Position numbers and translations under genes: made by a program. The notes under the pieces were generated by a model that did no database searches, had not been told where the DNA came from, and saw only the letters and a list, made by a program, of their open reading frames with translations. A stretch of 64,000 nucleotides of DNA from Vicugna vicugna (taxonomy: Eukaryota): assembly GCA_013265495.1 (NCBI GenBank), contig MU058384.1, positions 1,427,690 to 1,491,689 of the forward strand. The letters are read 5' to 3'. Of this stretch, positions 12,400 through 26,500 are shown piece by piece; the stretch's first letter is position 1; each line of letters opens with the position of its first letter.

Positions 12400-14450
12400 T
12401 ACAAACTTAAGGGGTAAGCTTCTATTTTTGATGTGTTAGGAAATACGAAGAGTTGCTACTGAGAAAGAAGAAACAAAGACAAAAAAGTGAGCTGAAGGGA
12501 GTGAACCTAACCTCAATACTTTGGAGAACAAAATAATGTGATAAAGAGGAGGAAGAAAACTACATCCCTGGATCCGCATTTCAGACATGAGGACCTTGCC
12601 AAATAGGGTGAATCAGGATCTCCTAAAGAAATTAGTTGCTGGCTTCAGAGAATATTAAGAATGCTTTCCAGGCACAGGGTATCCTTGAAATGAGATGAAG
12701 TGTGTCCACTGTCTAGTGGTGACTGGTAACCCTTAGAAAAGGAGTTGAAAGTTGTTCACATGTCCATTTGAAAGAGCAATAATGTAGAAGTGTGACAGTG
12801 TGTAACATCTGTTGGAGAACTTGCTCGTACTTCCTGAACTCAGCAACCTGTAACAATTTTGCTTTGTCACGTGAACCAAAAAATAAGACAAAAAATGTAT
12901 AGGGAGAGACAGAATCTATATCTAGTGATTTTGATTCCATGAGAAGTATAAAAACATAGAGGCACATGTACTATTTGCAAATTTTCTTCAAATTGAGCCT
13001 CACTGCTTAGGAAAAGAAAGTATTTAAGTGATGTTGAATAACTACTTGATTTTTTCAGAAACATATCACCCAGTACTTAAAAATAGGCAAAAGGGTGTGG
13101 GAATTTATCAGATGATAAAAAAAAGCACTATGGCATAGTTGAAGGAACACTGGAATAGAAATAAAACTTTGGATCTAAATCATCCACTTCTTTCTCTAAA
13201 AAGACGAGATAATTATACTTTTTCAGCCTTTCTCAAGAGTTGTTGGAACACTCAACTTCAAATATGAAAGCAATTTTGCAATGTATAAGGTACTAAACAA
13301 ATGCAATTTGATATAATTATTTGTAGACTCGATGACCTGATTTGAAAAGTATCAACCTGAAACTTGAAAAGAGAGATGATCACTCAGGTAAGTTGATGAA
13401 GCCAGGAATGTGCAAAAGCAGCAGATACATATGGGAGGCATTAATTTAAGAGAAAAGTACACCACCAGGGTAATTCTAACAGTCTCAGATGATTAGAGTA
13501 TTTTAATGTACAGAAAATGCTATGGTAAGGGAAGCTTGAAATTTTTACAACACAAACCTGATGTGTTAATGAGATCTGAAATAGAGCAATACCACTGTGT
13601 TAACCAAAAGCATATCTATTAGAAGTGGTTAGAGTACATATAGCACAACAGAACAAGACTTAGATGCAGTTAAATTCCATAAACCTCCATGAACAACCAG
13701 AATAGACCAAAGAGACTATTTAGGCGAGAATTAGAAGAGAGAGAACAGAATACAGTGGGAGGACATCTCTGACGTAGGATGATGACTTGTCCTTGTCAGT
13801 CTTCATAATCACAGTTGGTCTGTTTTCCAAGTGTTATTGCTAATAGCACATCTTCCCCTCTCAAAAGTGCCCTGGTTTGGATAAAAGTACGTGGTGCTCC
13901 TAGTGGAAGGTGAACATAGACTGCAAAGTTAGATTACATTTATAAACGTGGGGCGTGCCAATTAAAAAAGAAAAGAGACTCATTGTATTTGGCCGCACAT
14001 ACAGCACTGTGTTCGAACCTGGATCCTATGCATTAAAAACGAGACTAACAAGCTAGAGGAACCTGGGCCTGCAAAGCGCTACAAATTATATCCTAAGAGA
14101 ATCAATTTGAAAGCTAAAACAAGACAAGACTTAAGTCTGACATGATACTGTCTTCATTCTTTTCATACATGTTTCATGAAATAATGATGATTCAGCTTTA
14201 TCTTTAACACTGTAATAGGAAGGTGTAAGATTAATGGGAGCAGTTTATGAAAAGGCAGATTTCAATGTAAGCAAGCTCCTTCTAGTAGTTAGAACTGTTC
14301 TTAAAAGGAGTGAACTGCTTTTTACCTAATGAACATCCTGTCCCTGGTTGAGTTTAACCAGAGGCCGGGTATTTGCCAGTTACGGATGACATGCTGGGTG
14401 GAAGGAAATCTTGCTTTCCTGAAACTCTGGACTCTCAAACTTTTAAGACC
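12400..14450 (+). mobile_element. Fragmented L3/CR1 LINE relic (interrupted by MIR at ~13120-13320 and by MER94)
   Basis: CR1-like 3' region (ggcagatttcaatgtaagcaagctccttctagtagttagaactgttc...cctgtccctgg) plus degenerate upstream pieces. Highly diverged, boundaries approximate. Confidence 0.5.
13775..13902 (-). mobile_element. MER94 (hAT-Blackjack)
   Basis: ctaatagcacatcttcccctctcaaaagtgccctggtttggataaaa matches antisense MER94. About 130 bp with degenerate tagg...ccta ends. Confidence 0.7.
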
Positions 14451-14597
14451 CTATGTATTCATAGCTTAAGTCTTCAGCAGATGACTGCTAGGCCTCTTCT
14501 TTGAGCTCTCTGTATCTTAGTAAAGGCACGTGGCCGATATCCACTTAGGGCTATAAATTTAGAAATAAATACTAGTTATTGTTTATAAATGTTTAAG

Positions 14598-15050
14598 TAA
14601 ATAATATTTATTAAGCACCTACTTTATTAATTATTGAAGTATAGTTGGTTTATAATATTGGGTTAGTTTCTGGTGTACAGCATAGTGATTCAGATACACA
14701 TATATATATTCTTTTTCATTATAGGTTATTACCAGATACTGAATATAGTTCCCTGTGCTGTATGGTAGGATCTTGTTATTTTACATATAGCAGTTTGTAT
14801 CTGCTAATCCCAAACTCCTAGTTTATCCCACCGCCCTTTCCCCTTTGGCAACCATAAGTTTGTTTTCTACGTCTAAAGCACTTTATACCAAGGCTTTTCA
14901 CATGTAGTACCACATTTAATCCTCACTACAATCACATGAAAAAGTCACTGTTATGCCCTCCTAACAGAGAAAGAAAATGAGTTTCAGAAAGCTTCTGATG
15001 TGCTCAGAGTTATTCAGTTAAAATCTGGTGTAACTGGGAGTCTAGTAAAT
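14598..15050 (-). mobile_element. MIR SINE interrupted by a young L1 3' end
   Basis: atatttattaagcacctacttta ... ccaaggc...catttaatcctcactacaatcacatga rejoins into antisense MIR once 14628-14886 is removed. Confidence 0.7.
14628..14879 (-). mobile_element. Short 5'-truncated cetartiodactyl L1 3'UTR
   Basis: ttattgaagtatagttgg...gaatatagttccctgtgctgta...ctaatcccaaactcc...caaccataagtttgttttct is antisense to the same 3'UTR type as 179-1268. TSD actttat at 14621-14627 and 14880-14886. Confidence 0.9.
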
Positions 15051-15644
15051 ATCCTGTGGAATCAATCTATTAGAGTTGATTTTTATTTTGTGCTCCTAAT
15101 GCCCCAGCAGTGTACCTTCCTGGAGGGAGAGCAGAAATGCCCTATTGTTTTACCTCTTTCTGTATTTTCCATAAAATCAGTACAGTACAGCACAGCTCTG
15201 TGCTGCAGAAAATTAAATACCAGATGATACCATAGGAATGTGCTGTAGTGTGTCTTTCTCTCCCCACCATGTGTGTGACCTCTTTTGGTGATACACCTCC
15301 TCTCTCTTACAGCTAAAATTAAACCAGTGGAAAATGTTTGCCTTAAAGTACATGCCCTCTTAATGAAACACAACTGTGCTTAAAGGTCAGTAGATTAACA
15401 AGGGAACACAGATAGAGAGTGTTCCTTATCTCGTAGGCAGAGAGATGGTGCCAGCGTTGGCATTTGGAGAATAGGGAAAGAGGAGTTTGGGGGGATAATG
15501 TAGACAGAACAGACATATCGGGTGAGAATGAGAAGTAAGTGATGAAATAGTTGAAGTAAGGGAAGTGTTTGAAAGTCACATTGAGACTAATATTAATTCA
15601 AGGACCAGCAATGATGTAGTTAAGAAATCATTTATCCTAGAATC

Positions 15645-15850
15645 ACTGCAAAATAATATATCAAACTTCATACATGTGCAGCGTTTTATGCTTTACAGGA
15701 CATGTTCACTTGCATTACCTCATTGGGTTAGCATGATATTTGTGGAAAATAAGCATAACTGTCCCCCACTTTACCAAAAAGAACTGGGCTCCAGAGACAT
15801 GAATGACTCACCAACATTCCATAAATTGGGAGTAGTCTAGTGATATTTCT
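15645..15850 (-). mobile_element. MIR SINE
   Basis: cccccactttaccaaaaagaactgggctccagagacatgaatgactcacc is an antisense MIR core. Confidence 0.65.
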
Positions 15851-16904
15851 TTCCCACTATGTTTCTTTTATTCCACAAATACATCATTTGCTCCTTTGGA
15901 GATCATTTTGTCTGCCTGACATAAAGTTTCATGTAAAAACAGAGGGATGACTATAGAAACTGAGCCAAAAGATGTTAATAAAAGGACTTAGGTGCTATCT
16001 CTATTTTTAATACCCTATACATTTGCTTTTGAGTTGATATTTCTTTTCTCTGTGTTTGATTATTCTGAATAAATACTTCCATTTGGTGGTTCCAGATTAA
16101 AATCTTATGGACCCTATAATGAAAAAAAAATTGAAAAGAGCTGGAGGATTATCTTCTGCTCAGACTCTTGACCCATTCATTCCAGGGTGATCTATCTCTA
16201 GGCTGCCAAGCCAATCTTTACTGGCTTTGATTTGCACTATTGAACTAGGTCATCTGAAGTATTCCACATTAAGGATCAATGAATCCTTGTCAAGATCAGC
16301 TTTAGGGAGCAAAAAGAGAATTGGATGATTTTTACAGCCAAGAAATAATCCGTCTGCTAGCTGTGCGAGTCACTGAGCTGAGTCCGGTGATTTCCAGGAA
16401 TGTTTTTGTTCCAAGATTCTCTTTTATCCCAAAAACATCTTGTAAATACCAACATAAGTAGCAACATAAACAGGATAAAGTCAACAGTAATTTCTACCTA
16501 TTCCTTTGCAAAGGAAAAAAAATGAGTCCTTGGGCTGCATACTGAGGCACAGCTACAAGGACTTTGAGAGAGCTCAGTGTCTTCTTGAAAAAGGATGAAT
16601 GGAGTCAAATTAGAAGGGTTTTTTGGTGTATTGTGATTTTTCTGAGTTTATTCTCTCACGTTCAGCAGCTTCTCACAATCTTCATGTGGAACCGTCTAAG
16701 AATCAGCAGCATTTACCAGGATGACTTACGTTGTTAGTACTGGAGCATTGGAAGTATTAATTTGCTTTGTAAGAGCTTCCAGGAGACACTGGGAGTGGGC
16801 AAGAGACATATAGCTTTATCTTGGTGTAATCCTGTAATGGCCTTTCTGCATGCATGAATGTATTATAAGCAAGCACAAAACACTCTCATGTTGTATTGAC
16901 TCAG

Positions 16905-17335
16905 AGATTACGGAGGAAACTACAAACTGCCCACCAAACTATATTCCCTCTTCTTCCATAAATTGGCCCATGACTGCATTGCTGCATTCTGTTCCTCAGC
17001 CTCCCTTGCAGTTAGATGTGGGCATGAGGTCTGTTTCTCACAAATGGATGGTTAGGGGGAATGATATCTGCCATTTCCAGCTCTGAGTTTTAAAACACCG
17101 GGTGTGACTTTTCTGCACTCTCTTTCTCCTACCTGTCGGCTGGAACTCAAGACACAGCACAATCTGGATTTGACCATACAGGTGTGAAAAGTGGCCAGTC
17201 GAGGTCAGATCTGCCTCTCCAGCCTAAACTGGTCACATTTCATTTGAAAGCAAATTAGACTTTTGTCTTTTTTAAACCACTGAATTGGGTGCCATCCCAC
17301 TACAGCAGCACAGTCCCTGCCCTGCTTAAAACAGA
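16905..17335 (+). mobile_element. MaLR solo LTR (old MLT1 subfamily)
   Basis: cagcctcccttgcagttagatgtgggcatg and the 3' ...tttaaaccactgaattggg...acagcagc are MLT1 hallmarks. Confidence 0.75.
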
Positions 17336-17824
17336 AACTGACTGAAAGCTCATCAGCTGTCTGTTCACATCTTCATAAAGGAAAAGGTACCAGGTTACAT
17401 AAAGGTGAAGATTAGGAATAGCAGTAATATCTCTGTTGTCCTCAAAGCTGGTATATACAGAGGCACCCCAATTTTTTTTCAGAATTTGTGTTTTTTTTCC
17501 TTTCTACTCCCAAGAACCATGTCCATTTTTGCAACACAGTCCTGATGGTTTGTTGCATCCTTCATTTGTGTGTATGTAACGGGCAGTTGTTCTCAGGCTA
17601 GATGCTATATTTTGTCAGATGCTACAAACAGCACAGTGACCCAGTCTTCAATGGAGACATTAACTAAATTGAAGGTGATGGCATAGAACATTATTTCCTA
17701 ATGAGGTTTCCTTAAAATGACTATGTGCCAGGTATTTTTTCGCAGAAGCAGAGGAATGTCCTTGAGTTAAAAAAGTGCTGAGGAAATGTTGCTTATGAAG
17801 ACCTGACAAATCACTTTTTGTATT

Positions 17825-18176
17825 CTGAATTGCATCAGAAAAGTTAATTCAGTAGTCTTTAGCTACCTACTGTGTGTTGAGTACTGTTCTAGAGATATGT
17901 GGATAAAAAAACCAAACTCTATCTTAAAGAATTTATACAGTATATTATAATTTATCTGTAGCCAAGCTACATGTTCTATGTTTTGCTTTCCATGGTACTA
18001 TTACCTTTTAACATATAACTTACCTATCATATTTATTATTTCGTCTCCCCCCACCCCAACTACAACCACACTAAAATTTAACTCCCAGGAGGACAGAACC
18101 CTTTGTTTTGGTCACTGAAGTATCTTAAGAAATAAAAGAGTACCTGGCACTCAGTAAATATTTATGGAATGAATGT
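17825..18176. mobile_element. Two L2 3'-end fragments, head to head (- at ~17825-17945, + at ~17950-18176)
   Basis: ctacctactgtgtgttgagtactgttctagagat (antisense) and tacctggcactcagtaaatatttatggaatgaatg (sense L2 tail). Confidence 0.65.
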
Positions 18177-20039
18177 TGCCTAAATGGGTGACAGACACAA
18201 GCCACTAGTGTCCCATGGTATAAATAGAGGATTTATTGGGAGGGGGAGGAGATACAAGCAGAGAAGTAGTAGGGTGCAAGCAATTATCTGAACTCTATGA
18301 CCCTGCTGCTGAGAACGGTCATCAGTGGTCTTTATTCACATCCCATGGCTAACATTCTTGTAGAGTCTCCTACCCTGTAATGCATTTACGTAGCAGTGAT
18401 TGAAGAAGTAGCCATGTTAGAAAGTGGTGGCTTTTGAACCTGTGATTGGTATCCTATTTTTCAGCCAAATTACCCAAAGTGGGAAGCAGATGAACCTCTA
18501 CAGTATCCCAAATTTCCTTTCTCACTAATGAATATATAAATGAATAATAAATCAAAGAATGAATTTGGTCTCTTTAATCGCTGATACTTGGGCAAGGGTT
18601 TTTAGTCTGCTACAGGGTTTCAGTGAAACAAGGAAAAGCCATTCCACTGCCCATATACTGAGTGTCCCATACTTAATGTTTGTCTTAGAGAACCAGCAAA
18701 ATGTGGATTCTGAGAGTGATGCTTCTTTTTATTTCATTTTATAGATTTCAGTGGTCTGCCAATATAACAAGAAAGGTAGCAGGGACTTTATTTGAAGATG
18801 TTACGATATCAGATTAAAGAAAAATGGTGACCTATGTAAAAATAAGATCAAAAGGAATGAATTTACTTTTGATTTCCAGAATTCAAGGATTAAAATATAC
18901 ACTGAAGCTTATCAATGATCTTCAGTGAATTTAGTACAGGTCAAAAATTGTTTTCATTCTTTTTATTAAAATCAAAGATTAATTTTATCTTTTCTACCTT
19001 TTATGAGTTTCCTATTTCAATCTCCACCCTTAATTTTTTCATTATGACTGTTTCAAGGAGGGCGAAGTAGCCATATTACAAAAAATTCTGGAGATCGTCT
19101 TTTTACTTACAGAGGTGGAAGTGTGTCATTTGTATGAGGAAGAAAGATTTTTCTTTGAGAAATAATTCAATGAATCTACTTTGGTGTGAAAAATAAACCC
19201 CTCCCCCAAGACATGATCCAGAAGAAAACTGTAAAACCAAACGATAATCAAGTAAGAAAATTATTCCTTTTGGCAGGACAGACAAGAAAATAAGGGGTAC
19301 ATGAACAACAAGAGATGAGAAGGGGTTTTGGAAACAGATGAGTCTCAGCAACATGATGGCAGCAGCAGTAGATGGAAGGATGGGACCAGTGAGAAAATCT
19401 CTAATCTTAATACTTCTGTACTACAGTAACGTTTGACATCCAATATGAAATTAATTCTGCTCTATTAATTAATTAGCCTCACTAACCACAAATCTTTAAT
19501 AAAAAATATTCTCTACACCAATAGCCTTGTGTTAGTGGTAAAACTATTTTCTACTCTGTTCTATAATTGCTCTCCAATATCCTCAAACCTTCAGAAAGGA
19601 CTCTTCTATACCCCACATCTTGGGTTGGTGGTACATAAAAGTAATGCAAGCACAGGAGAGGTGAGTGAAGAAAGCAGATGCTGAGAGGTATTAGCAAAGT
19701 ATAAAGCAGACTACAGAACGATCCAGAAGAAATAAGTGAGATTTGCCATCAAGATATGATCCATCTTGTTGGATATTAAAGAGGTAACCCCTTAGCATTA
19801 GAAGACGTAGGGGTTTTCTGAGTTGCACCTGGGCATTTCATCTGGAATTGCCTTGAGCACTGATGCATATTCACCAATATCCTGAGCTAAGCAATACTCG
19901 AATCTAATCCAGAAGTACATCCTCAGCACAGTTATGAAACAGTAGCCAAACGGGCTATGGAGTGTTGTCACACAGTGATCTGGGCACAGTGGCACAACTC
20001 CCTTACCAAGTCAGAACTGGCATATGGTTCTAGAAGGCT

Positions 20040-20096
20040 TTTTTTGGCTTGTTTTGTTTTGTTTCGTTTTGTTTTTGTTTTGTTTTTTTTTTTTTG
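20040..20096. repeat. (GTTTT)n / poly-T low-complexity tract
   Basis: Read directly. Confidence 0.85.
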
Positions 20097-20232
20097 AAGA
20101 CTTAGCCTACAAATTGTAACTCCAGACTTTCCAATGATTCCAAAAGCGATTCTCATATAACTAGGTAGAGTGGATTCTGCTGTTTCTAGCTGGGAACCTT
20201 AACAAATGTAACAGCCTAACCCTCAACTTTTT

Positions 20233-20800
20233 TTCCATTTTTTTTTTATTGTGGTAAAATACACATAACATAAAAATTTACCGTCTTACCATTTTTAAGT
20301 GTACAGTTCAGTGGTATTAAATACATTCATAAGGTGATGCAAGTATCACCACCATCCACAGTCTTTTACTTGTAAAATTTAAACTTTGTATGTATTAAAT
20401 AATAACTCCACATTATCCCCTCCCTCAGCCTGTGGCAATCACCATTCCAAGAAACTTTCTGTCCCTATGATATTAACTAATTGAAGTAAATCATACAGGT
20501 AGAATCATACAGTATTTTATCTTTTGTGACTAGCTGGTTTCACTCAGCGTAATGTCTTCAAGGTTCATCTCTGTTGCAGCATATGACAGAATTTCCTTCC
20601 TTAAAGGCTAAATAAAATTCCATTGTGAGTCCATACCACATTTTCCTTATCCGTTCATTCATCTATGGACACTTGAGTTGCTTCCACATTTTAGTTATTG
20701 TGAATAATGTGCTATGAACATAGATCTTTTCAAACCCCAACTTTCAATGTTTTTAGTATATACCCAGAAGTGAAACTGCTAAATCATGTGGTAATTCTAT
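20233..20800 (-). mobile_element. L1M (L1MA/L1MB-type) 3' end inserted into a MIR
   Basis: Poly-T followed by attgtggtaaaatacacataacataaaaatttaccgtcttaccatttttaagtgtacagttcagtgg, a classic antisense L1M 3'UTR. Degenerate TSD ccctcaacttttt (20220) / ccctaaatatttt (20801). Confidence 0.88.
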
Positions 20801-21099
20801 CCCTAAATATTTTGCATGAGAGAAATCTTTATAGGGTTAAAGATTTAGATCTTTGGATCATTAGACTTCTAGTATAGGTAGAAACCCTGGTTATTTGGCT
20901 TCTAATAACCAGATAATGTGGAAAATATTGGAGAGTCACACGTAATATTTTTTAAACTATGCACCAAAGCGAGGGAGAAGTCTTACCAATATGCTAATAT
21001 TAGAACGCAGCTAATATTATTAGAACAAGTCCTGTCCCAGGCTTACTTTTGTCCACCAAGTTCACCATATTCATGTAGTCCACTTTTTAAAATATGATA

Positions 21100-23500
21100 A
21101 TCTATGACCTCTTCTAAGCCATTTTAACTACGTATGTCACTTCCTGCAATTTCTCATCCTTTGACTTTTACTAATTGTAACACTTCTACAATTTCATGGT
21201 ATAAAATGTTCATATTCAGTTCCGTAAGCATAAAGTTCCCACAGTTGTTAGCATTCATTGAACATTTAAATGGATTCACTACTCACCACGACTCCATTTA
21301 TCTCGACTTCTAAATTCATATTTTGGTTGGCTGAAGCCTGTCCTCTGGCAGTTTTTACAAGTATGTTTATGGAAACAATATTTCTTGATTTCTTGTATGT
21401 TTGAAAATATTTTTCCTTGGTTTTTATTATTGCACAGTGGTATAGCTGGACATAAAATATGATGATGTTCCCTTTCATTAAACCTTTGTAGACATTGCTG
21501 CACAGTTGCTAGCATGGGATTTGATTCTGGAGGTTTGAATCCAGACTGACTGTTTTTCCTCCTTAAATATCAGACTCTGTTTCTTCTTCCTTTGCTGGAG
21601 GCTCACAGGAGTGTTCTGGTCTGGCTACATCTGATAACTTTTCTCAGGAAAGACTTGTCATTGTTCAGTCAGCATCAGTTTTTCCTGTGACATGTTCTGC
21701 TCTCTATTGTTAGAGTAGTTCCCATTATTCCGGGAAGACTTTCTTTGATTGTATTGGTTGAAATTTTGTCTTTTTACTAGATATTAGTTTTATATCTGCT
21801 GATAATTCTGAGTTTTTCACATTTTCCGGCTAATTCTTTGAAAAATTTTTCTACTTAATTTTGCTCACTTTTTTAAGCAAATGACTGCTGTCCCTGAAGG
21901 TGTTTTTAAGCTGTGTCTATAATTTTATCTGCTTCTGAAATGTACTTTGTTTCTAATGTGGTTTTATTTTTCTCTTCCATTATTATTTTTATGGTGTCAA
22001 GTCATTTTGATTAGTATATTTATATTTTGAATAGAAAATGCAGGAATAGTGTTCAAAATTTAGACAGCATAAGTTCTACACCCCAGTACCCAGTTCTAGT
22101 CCCCCTCCCTACAGACAACAAATGATTTTCTGTGTCTTCCCAGATGTACAAGCAATAAAAATATTTATTATTTTCCATTTTGGCACACCCTATACATACT
22201 ATTCTGGATTTTCTTTTTTTTTATATTTTCAGTATATCTTGGTGAACTTTCCCTATTAATATATGAAAACCTTGTTTTCCTTTCTCCCCTTTTTCTTTCT
22301 TTTTTCCTTCTTTTTTGGTTTATTTTTTTTTTCTTTTACAAGTTGTGCAACATTCATTTGAGTGTAATTTATTCAGGCTTTTGTGGGCAGATATGAAAGT
22401 TGTTTTTAGTCTTTTGTTATTATAAACAATGCTATACTGAATAACTTGGTAGATATGTTATTTCACACATGTGCATGCTTATCTATTAGTTACATTCTTA
22501 AAGGTGCAATTGCTGAGTTAAAAGGTGTTTGTTTTAGCAATCTGCATATATATCGCCAGGCTGTGATCAGTAAGAACTGTCCTAATTCACACTCTTGCCA
22601 GGGTGAGAAAACATACCAGTTTTCTCACACCCAGTGCTAACACTGTGTATTATGAAACACTTGCTCTTTGCCAGTCTGATAGGTAAAAGATGATATTTAT
22701 TGTTGTGTTTATTTGCATTTCTCTTATTGTGAGTTGGGTACTTAGTCACACGTTTAAGAGTCATTTGTATTTCCTTTTCCTTGTACTCTTCTATATCCAT
22801 AACCCACTTTTATTGGGTTATCAGTCTCTAACTTTCTCTATGTATAATAGAAATTATAAGTGGCAAATAGTTTTCTACAAGTTTCTGTTCATCTTTTAAT
22901 TTGATTAATAGTGATTTTTTTTCCTAAGCATACTTTTTATACAGAATGATCTTTCAATATTTATATGATTACTGAAATTTATATCTTACTTCAAAATATT
23001 TGCCACTCTAACATTATTATAATTTCTTTATGTATGGTTATCTTTTTTTGAAATATAATTTATCCAATAACAATAATTCAATAATTTATTTAATTTATGC
23101 ATCATGTCTCCACTGATTTGAGATGATACTCATGCACTGAACTGTTTCTGGACTTTTATTTCTGTTCCATTGATCTATTCACCCTTTTTTTTTTTTTTGC
23201 CATTATCACACTGCTTTACCTATGTATGATATGCTACTCTTTTATTCAAAATTGTCTCTGCTTATTTATTTTTCCATATGAACTCAAGATTCAGGTTGTC
23301 CAAATCCCTCAAAACTATCTTGGCATTTTATTGCTATTCTGTTAATACATTTACCCTAAGGAAATTTATATTTATAGTATATTGACTCTTTCTATCCAAA
23401 AATATTTTGAGATTCTCTTTGTTCCAGTTCTTATATCACTCAAGAGTGTGTTAAAGTTTTCTTTAGAGAGATTATTCACATTTCTCAAATTTATTCCTAG
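21100..23500 (-). mobile_element. Old L1ME-type fragments
   Basis: T-rich antisense L1 motifs, e.g. tttgccagtctgataggtaaaagatgatattt...tttatttgcatttctcttatt and ttctgttccattgatctatt. Confidence 0.75.
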
Positions 23501-23504
23501 GTAT

Positions 23505-26500
23505 AGAAATCTATGTCCAATCATCTGATTACCATTAAGGTAACTCAAAAGACACTTTAGTAGCCACCTCCAACAGAAAATACAGACTTTACAAAATTAG
23601 GTCAGTTGAGTCATTCAGAAAACAAACAGCAACAACAACAAGAACACACAATAGCAAACCCTGAGAAGGAAGGAAAATCTTGTTTTCATAGTTGAGTATA
23701 ACATTATTTTAAATATTCAACTCTTAACAAAAATTGTGAGACATGCAAGGAAAAAAAAGAAGGGAAAAAAGCAGTCAACAGAAACTGTCCCTGAGGAAGC
23801 CAGATGTTGAACCTACTACACTAAGACTTAAAAACAAGTATTTTAAGTATGTTTTTAAAGACTAAAGGAAACTAGGTCTAAAGAACCAAAAAGTAGTATT
23901 AGAATGATGTCTTACCAAACACAGAATATCAATAGCTAGAATTTATATTCCAATAATGATGGAAAAGAGCAATAAAAAAAACATAAGACATATAGTAAAT
24001 AAGTAGAAAATGGTAGATGTAAATCATATCTTACCAAGAATTAAATAAAATATAAATTCATTAAATACTCCAATCTAAAGGCAAAGATTGGCAGAATACA
24101 CTAAAAACATGATCCAAATATATGCCATTTACAGGAGACACAACTTAGATTCAAATATACAGAAATGATTGAAAGTATTACACAGAAAAAGATGCATCAG
24201 GTAACAGTGACCAAAAGCTATTTGGCATGGTTATATGAATATTAGAAAACATAAACTTCGGGACAAAAAGTAAGACTAAAAACAAAGACATACATTTTAT
24301 AATAAAAAGGTCAATATATCAAGAAGATATAACAATTATAAACATTTATTCACTCAACAACAAATAAAGCCTCAAAATACATGAGGTAAAAATTGACAAA
24401 ATTAAAGGGAGAAATAAACAAATAATTGTTGGGAGAAATAAACAAAAAATTTACAAAATTGATGAAAGAAATAAATTAAATAAATAAAAAAGACTTCAAG
24501 AGCTTACTTTTAATAATAGAACACTATAAACCAACTAGACCTAACAGGCATCTATTGAACATGTCACCTAAAAATAGCAGAATATGTATTATTTTTCAGT
24601 ACACTTGGAGCATTTTCCAGGACAGACCATAAGTTGGGCTATAAAACAAGACTTAATAAACGTAAAAGGATTGAAATCATACAATAATTTTTTTCAATCA
24701 AAATGTCATGAAATTGGAAATTAATAACAGAAAAAAATTGGGAAATCACAAATATGTGAAAATTGAACAACACACCTAAATAATCAATTGGTCCAAGAAG
24801 AAATTATAAGGGAAATTAGAAAATATTTTGCAATGAATGAAAATGAAGACACAGAAACTCAAAATGTATGAGATGTAGCCAATAACATTGTTTTATGATA
24901 AATTTGGAAAGCAAACTAGATCCAAATAAAGCAGAAGAAAGGAAATAATAAATATTATGAGAGAAACGAATTACATAGAAAATAGCAAAACAGAGAGAAA
25001 ATCAATGAAAACAAAAGTTTGTTCTTTGAAAATATCAACCAATAAAATTGAACACTTTTAGGTAGACTGACCGAAAAAGAAGAGGAAAAAATTCAAGTGA
25101 CAAAGATCAGGAATGAAATATGGGATATTATTACTGACCATGAAAAAAACAGCAAGGTTTACAAGCTAAAACTATGAACAATTGTATGCCAATAAATTAG
25201 ATAACCTAGATGAAATAGACAAATTCCTACAAAGATACAAACTGCTGAAACTTACTCAAGGATAAATTAAAAATCTAAATAGAACTATAACAAAGTAAGG
25301 AGGTTGAATTGAATTGGTAATCAAAACCATTTTTAAAAAAGATAGAAAAAGAAAGAAAGAAAGAAAAGAAAAGAAGAGAAATCCTAGGGCCAGATGCTGG
25401 TTTCACTCGTAAATTCTACCAAATATTTAAGGAAGAACTAACACCAATTCTTCACACACAAAAGAAACTCTTTCAAAAAAAATAGAAGAGAGGGGAACAT
25501 TTCCCAACTCATTTTATAAACCAATATTACCCTTATCCCAAAACCAAAGACATCACAAGAAAATTCAGACCAATAAATCTTATGAATATAAACACAAAAA
25601 TTTTCAAAAAAATACTAAGAACTTGAGTCCAGAAACTGTGACCAGGAATGCAAAATTGGTTCCACATATGAAAAGTAACCAACATAACACACAGTATTAA
25701 TAGGATAAAGGACAAAAACTACATGATTAATAAAATGGCAATAATCCCCAAATTATTTCAATGCACTACCTATCAAAATCTCAGCTTCCCTTCTTTTAGA
25801 AGTAGATAAGGGGATCTTAAAATTTATATGAAAATACAAGGAGCCCAGAATTCCAGCCAAAACAATCCTGAGAAGAACAATAACGTTAGAGAACTCACAC
25901 TGATTTCAAAACTTACTAAAATTCAACTTAAGTAACCAAGACAGAGTTGCACTGGCATCTAGGTCAACAGAATAGAATAGAGAGTAAGGAGGAAAAACAC
26001 CTTTATATTTATGGTCAATTGACTTTTGACATAGGTTCTGAAAACAATTCAGTCAGGGAAAAAGAGACTTTTCTACAAATGCTGCTGGGATAATGGATAT
26101 CAAATGCAAAATAACAAAGTTGAACCCCTGCCTCATGCTATACATACAAAGTAACTCAAAAGAGATCAAAGACCTAAATGTATGTAACTAAAAATACATA
26201 GCTAAAAGTTCTTGATTCTGAGAAGAAAACATAGGCATAAATTTTTGTGACCTTGACTTAAGAAATGATTTCTCATATGTTGCCAAGAGGAACAAAAGAA
26301 GAATTTGATAAACAGGACTTCATAAAAATTAAAAACTTTGTTCACCAGAAGACACCATCAACAAGTGATAAGACAACTCAAGAACTGGAAAAAATATTTT
26401 CAAATGATAAACCTGACAAATAAATAGTATCTAATAATACAAATAATTCTTACAACTCAATAGCAAAAAGACAAATAACACCATTTTTAAAGTGGGCAAA

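Noticed and set aside
18900..18927. CACTGAAG...CTTCAGTG inverted repeat
   Set aside because: An 8-bp stem is within chance expectation and has no supporting context.
20992..21026. Short tandem duplications (also at ~24408-24446, 51640-51666, 51922-51938, 61842-61860)
   Set aside because: Ordinary slippage duplications of 8-20 bp with no higher-order array.
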